From: a virus
IMG/VR virus record: IMGVR_UViG_3300027896_000024
Coordinates: 1 to 64,000 of that record
Length of the DNA: 64,000 bases
Strand: one strand, 5' to 3'
A program made the position numbers and the translations under genes. Each line of letters begins with the position of its first letter. Positions within the stretch are counted from its first letter, which is position 1. The notes beneath the pieces were generated by a model. The model saw only the letters and a list, made by a program, of their open reading frames with translations, did not search any database and had not been told where the DNA came from. Shown here piece by piece: positions 44,277 to 54,724 of the stretch.

Positions 44277-46045
44277 TTGAGTTTACGGAACTGTACATTG
44301 CGAGGTTTCTATCTTTCGGCGGAGAGTACACGATAAAGCTAAATAAACGCGGCCTAGTCCTCGTACAGGGCATAAACGAAGACGACCCGAATCTAGACTC
44401 CAATGATGCAGGGAAGTCAAATCTGCTTTCGGCTATCACCTGGGTGTTATTCGAGAGGTTGTCTAAGACTCTCATGAAAAACCACGGGGACGATGTTGTA
44501 AACAAAGGCCAGATAGATTGTATGGTGTCTATCAAATGGAGAAACGGTGCCAAGGAGTATTCCGTACAACGCTTTCGGAAACATAGTACGCAAGGGAATT
44601 CCTGTCAGCTATCTGGTAAGAGCGGAACAAAATCGGCCACAAATGAGGACATAGTCAAGGCGTTGGGGATGACTTATGAGATGTTTCTGCGCTCAGTATT
44701 CTGGCCACAAAATACGTCAGTCCGTCGATTAACAGAGTTGCGGGATTCGGACTACAAGGAACTGTTCGATGAGCTGGTGAATACGCAGCACTATGAGGAC
44801 AAGCGGCTCAAAGTAAATATGCGTTTGAAAGATATTCAAGATCAGCTTGTATCCCTGGGTACTGATGTATCGGTGAAAGAGGGATTGGTTATTGCTTGCG
44901 ATGAAGACATTGCGTTTATCCAAAAGGAGTTTGATACTCTTAAGGGAGTCAATGTCAAAAAGATCGAGCGCCTGATATCCCAGTTAACTATGGCGGAAAA
45001 GAAACTGGCTGATGACCGGGATATGTTTGCGAATGCGTCGTCAGAATATCTTAGGAAAACCTATCAGTTCAAAACGAAGATGGCGGATTACAAGGGATTG
45101 CTGGCGCATTTCCGTCACTTGCAACAAGGTCTGCGAGTTAAAAAGTGCAATGAATGCGGCCAAGTGCTTGCATCGAAGTTGTCTGTCGATATGCTTACAC
45201 GAAAACGGAAGGATGCCAAGGCTGCTGCGTTGTTTGCCATGAACGAAGTGAAGGACCTAAAATCGGATCTGTTAAGCGCGCACAAAACCGTCATGGACAA
45301 GAACCAGGCAATCGAGGCCCAAGAGCGGGCAATCCAAACCATACAAGGAGCCATCGAGCCTATCATGCCCGAGGGCTTTATATGCGATTCTGCGGGTTTC
45401 CAACAGCTTACCGCCGCTTTTCGCCTCAAAGAAGCCGCCCAAGGGCGTCTGAGGGCAAAGGAAGGGCAAAAAACCGCCCTTTTAAGCGATCTCAATACCC
45501 TGAAATCACGGGAATCTAAGCTGCTCCTGCGCCAGTCCCGCTTTTCCTTGCTCGACCAAGCTTATGGCCCGGGTGGCCTGAGGACGCTCCGACTGATGCG
45601 ACTCACGCCCCAGTTGAATCGTTACGCGGATGAATACTCTGCTAAACTTGTCGAAGGGTTGTTGAAAGTGCAGTTCTCCACGACGACGAAATTAAAAGGC
45701 GGGGACATCAGGGAGAAGTATGAGATCTTGGTGTACCGAAATCCTGAGATCGATTTCTCGTTGTCGGGTGGCGGGATGAAACGTAGGGCGGATATCATTG
45801 CTGCATTTGCCCTGGACAAGCTAAGGAAGAAGTTAACTGGCAAGGATATTAACATCCGGGCGTACGATGAAGCAACGGACGGCGTAGACGGACTTGGAGA
45901 GTTATCCATATTGGAATTGCTCAGGGAGGAATGTCCGGGAACGACATTGTTTGTTTCTCACAAGGCATATGTTGACGCAACGATGTTCGATGACACGATA
46001 ACCGTCCGCCGGCGCGATAACGCCTCGACAATAGAGGAATCATGA
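44273..46045 (+). CDS. Rad50/SbcC-like ATPase
   Basis: NDAGKS, zinc hook CNECGQ, LSGGG signature, YDEATDG, VSH. Confidence 0.88.
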   Translation: MIEFTELYIARFLSFGGEYTIKLNKRGLVLVQGINEDDPNLDSNDAGKSNLLSAITWVLFERLSKTLMKNHGDDVVNKGQIDCMVSIKWRNGAKEYSVQRFRKHSTQGNSCQLSGKSGTKSATNEDIVKALGMTYEMFLRSVFWPQNTSVRRLTELRDSDYKELFDELVNTQHYEDKRLKVNMRLKDIQDQLVSLGTDVSVKEGLVIACDEDIAFIQKEFDTLKGVNVKKIERLISQLTMAEKKLADDRDMFANASSEYLRKTYQFKTKMADYKGLLAHFRHLQQGLRVKKCNECGQVLASKLSVDMLTRKRKDAKAAALFAMNEVKDLKSDLLSAHKTVMDKNQAIEAQERAIQTIQGAIEPIMPEGFICDSAGFQQLTAAFRLKEAAQGRLRAKEGQKTALLSDLNTLKSRESKLLLRQSRFSLLDQAYGPGGLRTLRLMRLTPQLNRYADEYSAKLVEGLLKVQFSTTTKLKGGDIREKYEILVYRNPEIDFSLSGGGMKRRADIIAAFALDKLRKKLTGKDINIRAYDEATDGVDGLGELSILELLREECPGTTLFVSHKAYVDATMFDDTITVRRRDNASTIEES

Positions 46046-46213
46046 AAGGGAGTCGAGTAAATCAGTTTCCTATTCCGAACCATTGCAACTGGTGTTGTAT
46101 ATTTGTTACCCAGCTTATCCGGAAGTTCATAGAGGGTAACAGTAAGTCAGTCATACTTTCGTTATGTAATACCTGTCACGAAAAGAAGGTATGGCAAGGC
46201 AGACTGGACATAT

Positions 46214-46651
46214 ATGGTGGATCAGTTTAGAGGTAGATACTTTTTTCTATCGAACTTCTATCCCGCAACTGTCAAGTTTGAGGGATTAGTGTATCCGACA
46301 GCGGAACATGCCTACCAAGCAGCCAAAACGGATTTCGCTGACGACCGCAGGAAAATAAGGGAGCTTCCGACTCCTGGTCAAGCGAAGCGTGCTGGTGGCC
46401 GGCATGGTTTCATTTCAATATCGCCGGATTGGGATTCCCGAAAAACAATAGTTATGGAAGAGATTGTATATCTCAAGTTTTCTAGGCATCCGTCACTAGC
46501 CAAGTGGTTATTGGATACAGGAGAGGAAAAGCTAGTTGAGGGTAATTACTGGGGCGATACGTATTGGGGCGTTTGCAATGGTAAGGGCCAAAATCATTTG
46601 GGCCGCATCCTGATGAAGGTCAGAGCCAGGTTGAAGGAGCAAAATGAGTAA
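46214..46651 (+). CDS. NADAR (YbiA) family protein
   Basis: FLSNFY, TAEHAYQAAK, KFSRH, LVEGN, DTYWG, GQNHLGRILMKVR. Confidence 0.92.
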   Translation: MVDQFRGRYFFLSNFYPATVKFEGLVYPTAEHAYQAAKTDFADDRRKIRELPTPGQAKRAGGRHGFISISPDWDSRKTIVMEEIVYLKFSRHPSLAKWLLDTGEEKLVEGNYWGDTYWGVCNGKGQNHLGRILMKVRARLKEQNE

Positions 46652-47051
46652 ATCAAATTGGAAAGGCAGTGAACGCAAGGCAGCCAAGTTGTTTCCCGGA
46701 GGTAGTCGTCGTCTTCGCATGGGTGCGTTCTCGTCCATGGTTTCGGCGGACGATATTCGGTTTGAATGGTGCAAGGAGATAAAGCTGGGTAACCGAATTG
46801 TGAAGGTTCCCCGGGTTAGTGCCAAGCCAGGAGTGTATGTGGATGTCAAGAAAAAGGCGACCACGTCCCTGGTTACGGAGTTCGACGCGATGGAAGAAAA
46901 GTACTGTACTTCCAAATATGGTGGCCGGATGATATTGATTACGCACAAGAAAGGGGACAGCCGACAGCTTGTTACCATGTCCGACGAGTTCTTTAAAGAA
47001 ATGTTCGATGCGTGGTATACCCGGCACATATCGGAACACAGGAGGGTGTAA
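46644..47051 (+). CDS. PD-(D/E)XK nuclease / Holliday junction resolvase-like
   Basis: WKGSERKAAK...DD...VDVKK pattern. Confidence 0.55.
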   Translation: MSKSNWKGSERKAAKLFPGGSRRLRMGAFSSMVSADDIRFEWCKEIKLGNRIVKVPRVSAKPGVYVDVKKKATTSLVTEFDAMEEKYCTSKYGGRMILITHKKGDSRQLVTMSDEFFKEMFDAWYTRHISEHRRV

Positions 47052-47237
47052 CATGGAGGAGATACTCCAGGAAATTCGGAAGTTATCATTCGTTTTGGAA
47101 GACTTAGCTGACGTTCACGAGCAAGTCAGTGAGGGCGAATCGAAAGTATTGTTTCATGGTGTTGTCCGATATGCTGAAAGCATCCGGAACGAGGCGTATT
47201 TAACAGAGTTAGCATTATCGCGGATAAGGAGGGAATA

Positions 47238-47819
47238 ATGGCGGGAGTTCTGAAGCACAGGTTTCGTGAGGCGTTTTGTCTTATGGAGTACCGGTGCGAA
47301 AAGGGCTGTTGCATCGAGAAGATCTGGAACAGCCGGGACGGTGTAACACCGTTCATGGTTATGAACCGAAAAACACAACACATGATGAAGCATGTCAACA
47401 TGCACAAGGATTTGTACGCGCCAGGGTACACAGTTAAGCCGAGTTGCCGGATGTTTGTCAATGCGACTCCCGAACTGGTGTTGCCAACGGCAACGGACTA
47501 CGTCAATCGGAATTGGAACAGGGAAGGGCCGATGCCGATGAAGGAGGCATTCAAGACTATGAAAGATGCGGTTGATTTCTATGTCAAGGAATGGTCCAAG
47601 AATGGCACTGAACCCTGGATAGTGACAATAGCGGACAAGGACGAGCCGAAGGGCTATTATCTCAAGGCCGGCGACATTTGTCCGTTTATCTGTCCTAAAT
47701 GTCAGGCCGCGATTCAGTACGATGAGAACATCGTGCGGTTAAAGTGTTCCTGTGGATACGAAGGCACCGCAGAGGAATTCTCGGAAACAGTACTTGAGCT
47801 CCAATCGCGAGTACAATAG
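47238..47819 (+). CDS. Hypothetical phage protein with C-terminal zinc ribbon
   Basis: EAFCLMEYRC...WNSRDGVTPF; CPKC...CSCG. Confidence 0.6.
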   Translation: MAGVLKHRFREAFCLMEYRCEKGCCIEKIWNSRDGVTPFMVMNRKTQHMMKHVNMHKDLYAPGYTVKPSCRMFVNATPELVLPTATDYVNRNWNREGPMPMKEAFKTMKDAVDFYVKEWSKNGTEPWIVTIADKDEPKGYYLKAGDICPFICPKCQAAIQYDENIVRLKCSCGYEGTAEEFSETVLELQSRVQ

Positions 47820-47840
47820 AGAATAAAAAGGAGCTGGAAT

Positions 47841-48212
47841 ATGATTACGATGCCGACTTGGGCTTGGATATTAATTGCGGTAATCTGGATCATTGGGATC
47901 CGGGCATTACTGCCTCGGCGTAAGATGGACAAACAAACGTCGGAGATATATTACCTGATCTCCACTGGAACACCGGTTTCGCCGGAGCTAATGAACCTGT
48001 TAAAAGACGAGGATGATGGCCTAGCCCCAAAGTTTAGGAAGCCATTTATAAGGCGTATTGGCGAATGCCCTCGTTGTGGTACCAGGTCAAAAGAAATCCT
48101 AGTGTGTCCCATGTGCGGAGATCCTGGTTGCGTTGAGCAGTGTATTCCTGGTGGCAAGGACACGACTTGTACTCGGTGCGATTCCGAAAAAGCGGACTTT
48201 GAATCTATGTGA
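47841..48212 (+). CDS. Membrane-anchored Cys-rich protein
   Basis: N-terminal TM and four CxxC pairs. Confidence 0.6.
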   Translation: MITMPTWAWILIAVIWIIGIRALLPRRKMDKQTSEIYYLISTGTPVSPELMNLLKDEDDGLAPKFRKPFIRRIGECPRCGTRSKEILVCPMCGDPGCVEQCIPGGKDTTCTRCDSEKADFESM

Positions 48213-48371
48213 GCGTAGTTCCATATTACAAACCAGTTGTATTAGACTAAGAAAGGCAGGAGACGGATGCGGGGAATCTAGGATGATCTCCGGAAAAAAT
48301 GAAAGTGTTTTGACCTAACGACAAGGGAGGGCTAGGTAATACTAGCCCTTCCGAATTTATGGAGGAACACA

Positions 48372-48587
48372 ATGAGTTTCGCAACGTTGGAGAGGGCAGT
48401 ACTTCATGGAGCCAGAAAGTTATTCATGAATCCGACACTTCGCAAGAAGGATATCTCGGCTTGGGCAACACAGTCAGAAAATCTGGACAAGGACGACGGA
48501 GAAGTCATGGCCTACGTCCCGGACCCTGGTGTATACGTCGTACTCAAAACAAAGTGGGATAAGCGGCCAGCCAAAAAGAAAGGGTAG
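48372..48587 (+). CDS. Hypothetical protein
   Basis: GGAGG RBS. Confidence 0.55.
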   Translation: MSFATLERAVLHGARKLFMNPTLRKKDISAWATQSENLDKDDGEVMAYVPDPGVYVVLKTKWDKRPAKKKG

Positions 48588-48589
48588 TC

Positions 48590-48805
48590 ATGGCTGAGAA
48601 TCCTGGTGGGCAACGGAAAGTAACAAGGTTGGAGTTCATTAATTCCACACCGTTCGAACAGGGGTATATCAGTTATATGCAAGCGGCATGGAATTCAGAT
48701 GTCCCCGAAAGGTCCCCATATGTCGAAGGATCGCCGGCCTACAAGGCCTGGTGTGAGGGGCAGCAGCGTGCGTGCATGAACGTACAGGACGGAGATGACG
48801 AGTGA
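48590..48805 (+). CDS. Small protein with an Rmf/CrpP-like pattern
   Basis: FEQGY...SPY.....AWCEGQ. Confidence 0.4.
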   Translation: MAENPGGQRKVTRLEFINSTPFEQGYISYMQAAWNSDVPERSPYVEGSPAYKAWCEGQQRACMNVQDGDDE

Positions 48806-49104
48806 AAACAATCGAGCAATTCGTAGTGGCGCACAGTGCCTGGGCAGTCCGTAAGTTCCCGGATCAAACCACGGAAGGCATTTGTAAACACATCGAGAAG
48901 GAACTAATCGAGGTCAGGGCCTGTAACGGCAAGGACTTAGTGGAATGGATTGACGTAATCATGTTAGCCCTCGACGGGTATGGACGGAATGGTGGAACAC
49001 CGGAGGCCCTGCTGCCGTTACTGGACTTCAAGTTAAACAAGAACATCGACAGAGTTTGGGCGGTACAAACGGATCCGAACCAGCCTGTCGAACATATCGA
49101 GTAA
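48802..49104 (+). CDS. dATP/dGTP pyrophosphohydrolase (DUF550, MazG-like)
   Basis: GICKHIEKELIEV...EWIDVIMLALDG...KLNKNIDRVW. Confidence 0.8.
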   Translation: MKTIEQFVVAHSAWAVRKFPDQTTEGICKHIEKELIEVRACNGKDLVEWIDVIMLALDGYGRNGGTPEALLPLLDFKLNKNIDRVWAVQTDPNQPVEHIE

Positions 49105-49113
49105 GGAGGCACA

Positions 49114-49365
49114 ATGCCGCGTGTCGGAGCAACTGGGAAATTCCCGGAAGGCAAGCTAAACGATTCAGACGAAGGCGAATTGAGTATTGCCATCACCGTC
49201 GAGAAGGGCACTATCCTTGTTGTGTTCGGAACGGCGACTACCTGGATTGGAATGAATCCGGATCTGGCCGACGAAATCGGACACAAGTTGATCGAACGCG
49301 CCAAGGAAGCGCGGGAGCAGTTAAACAAAGGAGTATCACTATCCAATAGGAGATTTGTCCCATGA
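49114..49365 (+). CDS. Conserved small phage protein
   Basis: GATGKFPEGKLNDSDEGEL...FG...WIGM. Confidence 0.65.
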   Translation: MPRVGATGKFPEGKLNDSDEGELSIAITVEKGTILVVFGTATTWIGMNPDLADEIGHKLIERAKEAREQLNKGVSLSNRRFVP

Positions 49366-49514
49366 AACAGAGAACAGTTTTGATTGAAATCGAGATATAC
49401 ACTTCGGCCAAAGTGAAGGACCTGAAAACCAGGGCGCAGGAGTTCGGCATCCCGTCGGAAGGCGACAAGGTGGAGCAGGTCCAGGTCAACGTCATCCAGC
49501 AAACCAAGAAGTAA
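49362..49514 (+). CDS. 50-aa protein (absent from the ORF track)
   Basis: AGGAG RBS, ATGA overlap, MKQRTVLIEIEIY... Confidence 0.55.
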   Translation: MKQRTVLIEIEIYTSAKVKDLKTRAQEFGIPSEGDKVEQVQVNVIQQTKK

Positions 49515-49527
49515 ACCGAAGATGGGG

Positions 49528-49566
49528 AAGGCCGGCAAGTAATTCAATCCTACCGGCCTTTTCTAT
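49528..49566. terminator. Terminator between convergent genes
   Basis: AAGGCCGG/CCGGCCTT stem then TTCT. Confidence 0.65.
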
Positions 49567-49569
49567 GTC

Positions 49570-49857
49570 TTAGTTCGTGAGGGATTCAATAGCGGATTGG
49601 GCTTTGGCAACATTGGGGAAGTTCATCATGTTTCCCCAAGTCCCAAGGGACCCGTCTGCGAGGATCTGTTTGTTCCCAACAAAAGCGAAAACCGTAAGGC
49701 CAGTGCGGTATCGGTTAGTCTGAATCATTCCGATTTGCCTGGACTCGCGGAGTACCTGAATCCGCTGGACGTAACAGCTACCATCCAAGTAGCGGAATTT
49801 TTTCTTGTTTCTCCAAACCAATCTGACTTTATTTGGACTCTCTTTTCCTATCATCAT
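49570..49857 (-). CDS. Hypothetical protein, the only credible minus-strand gene
   Basis: AAGGA RBS before MMIGKESP; converges on the terminator. Confidence 0.5.
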   Translation of the reverse strand: MMIGKESPNKVRLVWRNKKKFRYLDGSCYVQRIQVLRESRQIGMIQTNRYRTGLTVFAFVGNKQILADGSLGTWGNMMNFPNVAKAQSAIESLTN

Positions 49858-50214
49858 ATCGTGTGTCCTTTCTTGTCTCCATACTGACAGTCTACCATAA
49901 ATCGGTAGGCCGAGGTCAATGGAATAGTTCATCCAACAGGACAGACGAGGACAAAAGATAATGCTAGTAAGGCATTATGGGATAGGCTAAACTCGGCTTT
50001 GTCCCTGGTTAGTAGCTAGTAGAGATGTGGGAGTATAATTGGTATAGTTATCAACAGGTTAGGAAAGAAAATTTCTAGTAACTAAAAAGGGGTGGAGGCC
50101 AGATAACAGTCAAGAATAAGACTGAGGACCAGATAACCAAGACTAGTAATTACCAGTAAACAAAGATAGTGCAATAAGACAGCAAAAGTGTAGAAAAGAC
50201 GGCGGAGGGCACGT

Positions 50215-50892
50215 ATGCGGCGTAATGGCAAGTTGGGGATGAAAGCAGCGAGTAACAAGAAAACGTTTCGAAACCCGAACGCACGAACACCGATCCAGAT
50301 CGAACATGACGATGCAATCATCGCGCAGGAATACCTAAAAGGAACCACGTTATACAAGATCGGAAAGGCATTGGGCATCGGAACCACAGCCGTACAACGG
50401 GCGCTGAACCGTATCCGGGCAATGTGGCAAGCGAAGATGATGCGGGCAATCACGGAACACAAAGCCGAGCAGCTGGAAAAGCTGGACCTGCTAGAGCACG
50501 AAGCTCACTTGGCCTGGAAGCGCAGTCAAGAGGACGCGATGGAAATACAAACCACAGACCGCGTTGTCAATGCGCTCAAGGGCAAGAACCCGTTGAAGGG
50601 GCCGCCCAGTAATCAAAAGCAAAGTGCGAATCAGCCTTCCGGAACAAAAGCCAAACAAATAGATAAGACGGTCAAGGTACACGGGCAGTACGGCGACCCG
50701 AGATTCCTTAGTATCATTAAGGACTGCGTAGCCCAGCGTTGCCAGATCCTTGGACTCAATACACCGATTGCCGAGGACCCGAAGGACGCATTTGCTACAC
50801 AGGATGATGTACGCAATCAAATATTGGACCGGTTCGCGAAACTGGGACAGCCAGCACCCGATCCAAATGCACCGAAAGTAACTATCCAGTAA
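50215..50892 (+). CDS. Terminase small subunit (HTH)
   Basis: HTH TLYKIGKALGIGTTAV, GDPRFL...RCQILGL; upstream of terL. Confidence 0.7.
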   Translation: MRRNGKLGMKAASNKKTFRNPNARTPIQIEHDDAIIAQEYLKGTTLYKIGKALGIGTTAVQRALNRIRAMWQAKMMRAITEHKAEQLEKLDLLEHEAHLAWKRSQEDAMEIQTTDRVVNALKGKNPLKGPPSNQKQSANQPSGTKAKQIDKTVKVHGQYGDPRFLSIIKDCVAQRCQILGLNTPIAEDPKDAFATQDDVRNQILDRFAKLGQPAPDPNAPKVTIQ

Positions 50893-51000
50893 AGGAGAAC
50901 TTTATGTGGTTCGTATTTGGTTTACTCGTCGGACTAGGCCTTGGGTTGTACGGGATGTACATGCTCGTGAAAAAGGGCATAGTCAAAACCTAGGAGGCCT

Positions 51001-51138
51001 ATGGCGTACATGGGTTTCAAGAAGCTAGCGAAAAAGGTGGGCAGCAAGAAGCTAGCTGCCTGGATTGGGCGAAAGAAGTACGGAAAGAAGCGGTTCGCGG
51101 CCATGAGTAAAGCGGGCCGGCGCCGTAAACGGAGGTAG
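51001..51138 (+). CDS. 45-aa highly basic peptide (absent from the ORF track)
   Basis: AGGAGG RBS; MAYMGFKKLAKKVGSKKLAAWIGRKKYG... Confidence 0.65.
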   Translation: MAYMGFKKLAKKVGSKKLAAWIGRKKYGKKRFAAMSKAGRRRKRR

Positions 51139-51139
51139 C

Positions 51140-51670
51140 ATGGATTTCGGGGCGTTATGCCAGCAGTGCGGTACGGACAAGGGCAAGTACTCGTCAGCGT
51201 ACTCGGGCTGGCTGCGTCCCGACCGTGTTTCCCGTATATTGGAAATGGGCATAGGGGGCGGATTCTCAATTCGCCTGTGGTTGAAGTATCTGCCTAAGGC
51301 CGAAGTGGTAGTGTTCGATAATCAGGCATCAGCCTACAGGGACGTAATCACTCTAGGAAACATGCAGCGCGTAACGGCGTACACGGGCAATCAAACGGAC
51401 CTGTTATTCCTGGAATACCTAGTAAGGAAGCACGGGCCGTTTGACGTGATAGTGGATGATGCGGGCCATGTACCTGCGGAACAGCTTGAAGCATTCACGT
51501 TTCTGTTTGAACGTATGAATCCTCGGGTGATGGGCGTACCGCGAGGGATGTACATTATCGAGGACATACCAGACCCGGTGGAAAAGCATTGGGTTAGTTT
51601 AGTCACGCATACAAAGGACATCGAGCATTCGCTAAACACGAATGAGGTTATTGTCCGCATCAGGAGGTAG
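51140..51670 (+). CDS. Class I SAM-dependent methyltransferase (sugar O-methyltransferase-like)
   Basis: ILEMGIGGG, GNQTD, FDVIVDDAGH, YIIED. Confidence 0.8.
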   Translation: MDFGALCQQCGTDKGKYSSAYSGWLRPDRVSRILEMGIGGGFSIRLWLKYLPKAEVVVFDNQASAYRDVITLGNMQRVTAYTGNQTDLLFLEYLVRKHGPFDVIVDDAGHVPAEQLEAFTFLFERMNPRVMGVPRGMYIIEDIPDPVEKHWVSLVTHTKDIEHSLNTNEVIVRIRR

Positions 51671-52076
51671 TATGGCAGTACCCGAACATGTCAAAGAAAT
51701 CATGGAAGGATTCGCCAAGGTGGATCGCTTTCTGGATAAGAGCATTCCGGCCAGTGACCAGTCCGCAGGACTACACGTGGCACAACGGAAGCACGATCTC
51801 GAGGGTCGTCAGATAAACCCGGACGCGCCACTGCATCCGATCATGATGAACACACGGGTTGTCAATCAAGAACCGAATCACGCGCCTCCGTCCGCGCCTT
51901 CGTTTGTTAAGGAAGGTACGGTCGATGATGCCAGTGACAAAACCTGAAACAATAGTCACCGTCGTCTGTCCAGAGTGCGGTAAACGTACACAGAGGGCAT
52001 TCCGTGAGACCTGGTCGTACTGGTGCAGTTGCGGTACAGAAGGCGCACAGGAAGTCATCGAGAATAGGGAGATCCT

Positions 52077-52292
52077 ATGAGGGCGAACGATTTAAAAAAG
52101 AAGTATCCTGAGTTATGGGATGCGATCGAGCTGAGTGTCTTGAACGACTGTGCGTTCAAGAAAATCGAGGACAGCAAAGCCCGAGTAATTGCCAGTAATG
52201 CGGCATTTGTCACTTGCTCAGCTTTTGACTGTTATCGGAAAGCTATCGAGAGGGTAGTCACTCGTTATCACGGAACGAAAGGGAAGCGATGA
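52077..52292 (+). CDS. Hypothetical protein
   Basis: GGGGAG RBS; coupled start. Confidence 0.45.
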   Translation: MRANDLKKKYPELWDAIELSVLNDCAFKKIEDSKARVIASNAAFVTCSAFDCYRKAIERVVTRYHGTKGKR

Positions 52293-52837
52293 TAGTCAGC
52301 ATTCTGATATTATTGGTAGTGGTAATATTGGCTGTCTATGCCATCGAACAGTTCGTGTCGAATCCCAGGATCAAAAAGCTGTTGGAGTTCTTGGTGATCC
52401 TGCTCGTTATCATCTGGGCGATCAACATGTTCGTCGGGTTCGATCACGTCTGGTTCTGGCGCAGATAGGGGAGGACTTACCATGAGGAGCGGGCCGGGGA
52501 ACAAACCAACATGCAAACGCCCCAGCCCGCGTGCGTTAAGGGCACCAAGGGCCGGTAAAGGGGCGCAGTCCACCGATAAACCCGCAGCACAAGCCACAGT
52601 TTCAGAGGTTCCTGCTCTATTCGTTCCAGATCCTTGCCAGACCCGCTGCGTCCCTTGCCTAGTTTGTCATATCGGGAGGTGTATATGGGGTGTCACAAGC
52701 TAGGGCATAAGATCATCAAATCGAAACACGGGAAGTTCCGGATACGACACATGAAAGGGAAGCCTGGAACGAAAGCCGCGATGCGAAGACGATTAGCGGC
52801 ATATCACATCGCCAAGAAACGTAGTGGGAGGTAGGGC

Positions 52838-54172
52838 GTGCAGTTAAACACAAGCCAGTCAGTAGCGCAGCAAATAGGAGCCCTGCCAGAGGACGAGCGC
52901 AAGGCCATATTACAGGGCATGGATAAGAACCAGCTATTGGCTATGCAATACGACTGGAAGATGTGGGGCCGTCCAAAGCAGTTCGCACCTGTGACGGACT
53001 GGAGTACTTGGTTAATACTCGCCGGAAGAGGATGGGGCAAAACAAGAACGGGCGCCGAATGTATCCGTCACATGATAGAGAAGGAAGGGTACAAGCGTCT
53101 GGCCCTGGTAGGTGCAACGGCAGCGGACGCGAGGGACATATTAGTAGAGGGCGAATCAGGGATACTCGCGATCAGCCCGCCATGGTTCAGGCCTCAGTAC
53201 AAGCCGAGTAAGCGCCGACTCATATGGCCCAACGGAGCCGTAGCCACAGTATTCAGTGCGGACAAGCCGGACAGGTTACGTGGGCCGAACCACGATGCAG
53301 CATGGGCAGACGAGTTAGCGGCATGGAGAAACCCGGAAGCTTGGGACATGCTCATGTTGACATTGCGCGTAGGTAAAAAGATGACGCGCGTAGTGGTCAC
53401 GACCACACCGAAACCATTGCCCCATATAAAGGACCTGATAGTAAAGCCAGGCGTACATGTCACGAGAGGGACGACGTACGAGAACCTGGATAATCTGAGC
53501 CCCCGATTCAAGGAAGAGGTACTCGCAGCATATCAGGGTACACGTTTAGGCAGGCAGGAGATCGACGCCGAAATACTAGATGACGCGCCGGGTGCTTTGT
53601 GGAAGAGGTCCGAAATAGACAAGCACCGAGTGACACGGGTGCCTAAGATGGCGGATTTCCTAGCGCAGATGAAGAAGATTGTGGTGGGCGTAGATCCTGA
53701 GGCATCCAGCACGGAACAGTCAGCCGAGACGGGTATAGTCGTATGCGGAGAAGGGCTCGACGGAGAAGGTTACGTCCTGGGCGACTTCACATTACGAGGG
53801 ACGCCTGGTGTATGGGGCAAGCAAGCGGTGTCCGCGTACTACCGAATGCAAGCGAATGCACTCGTAGGGGAAGCCAATAACGGCGGAGAAATGGTGGGCT
53901 TTGTCTTGCAGCAGTCAGACAAGAACTTGCCATTCAAGCTGGTGTACGCGTCAAGGGGCAAGCAGACAAGGGCCGAACCTGTAGCGACGATGGCGGAACA
54001 AGGGCGTATACATCATGTCGGATACTTCCCGGAATTGGAAGACCAGCTATGTCAATGGACACCGGGCGCAGAGAAGTCCCCGGACAGACTCGATGCTATG
54101 GTATGGGCATTCTCAGAACTATTTGTTACGGGCGTCCAGGGCGGCGCGCGCAAAGTAAAAGGGCATCATTAA
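52838..54172 (+). CDS. terL: Terminase large subunit
   Basis: AGRGWGKT, WADELAAW, VTTTP, VGVDP, EANNGG, SPDRLDA. Confidence 0.95.
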   Translation: MQLNTSQSVAQQIGALPEDERKAILQGMDKNQLLAMQYDWKMWGRPKQFAPVTDWSTWLILAGRGWGKTRTGAECIRHMIEKEGYKRLALVGATAADARDILVEGESGILAISPPWFRPQYKPSKRRLIWPNGAVATVFSADKPDRLRGPNHDAAWADELAAWRNPEAWDMLMLTLRVGKKMTRVVVTTTPKPLPHIKDLIVKPGVHVTRGTTYENLDNLSPRFKEEVLAAYQGTRLGRQEIDAEILDDAPGALWKRSEIDKHRVTRVPKMADFLAQMKKIVVGVDPEASSTEQSAETGIVVCGEGLDGEGYVLGDFTLRGTPGVWGKQAVSAYYRMQANALVGEANNGGEMVGFVLQQSDKNLPFKLVYASRGKQTRAEPVATMAEQGRIHHVGYFPELEDQLCQWTPGAEKSPDRLDAMVWAFSELFVTGVQGGARKVKGHH

Positions 54173-54212
54173 TAGTATGGAGTTAAATCTAAAGCGGAAA
54201 GGAGGTGACGTT

Positions 54213-54449
54213 ATGAGAGCTAAGATCACGGTGCTGAAAGTGGCACACGTACCGCACAGCAAGCCGGGACTGACCAAGGTGACGTTGGAAGGGATCTTCG
54301 CGACGGATCCACGGGAAGTGGAAAACGCCGAGGCTTTGAAGGCCGACCCGAACGTCAAGCTGGAATTCGTGCTGGGCGATCCGGAGGCCTTGGCCGAACT
54401 CAAGAAGGGGCAGTCGTACTTTCTTGATTTCACGGAAGTAAAACCGTAG
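54213..54449 (+). CDS. Small phage protein
   Basis: AAGGAGGTG RBS; MRAKITV...YFLDFT. Confidence 0.6.
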   Translation: MRAKITVLKVAHVPHSKPGLTKVTLEGIFATDPREVENAEALKADPNVKLEFVLGDPEALAELKKGQSYFLDFTEVKP

Positions 54450-54724
54450 GACTCGTACAATGGGGGCTTACGGGCACATGTTCGTAAGCCCTCAGGGCAT
54501 TATATAAGGACATCATTAATATGGACGGGCGCGATCGAGTCCTGGAAGACGACGAAGAGGATGCCTTTAGGATATTCCATGTATTCCCAGTAAGTCAGGA
54601 AGAGGAGCATTGTTTCATCAGCCGGCTATGCAATTGTGATCCTCGGGTAGATGTATTCGAGGAATGTATCGTGATTGTACATAACCGTTTTATCTAAGTG
54701 GCGACAAGCCGCGAAAGGAGCAGT

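Noticed and set aside
48802-49104. Z-genome (2-aminoadenine) pathway suggested by DUF550
   Set aside because: No purZ or datZ is recognisable in the window
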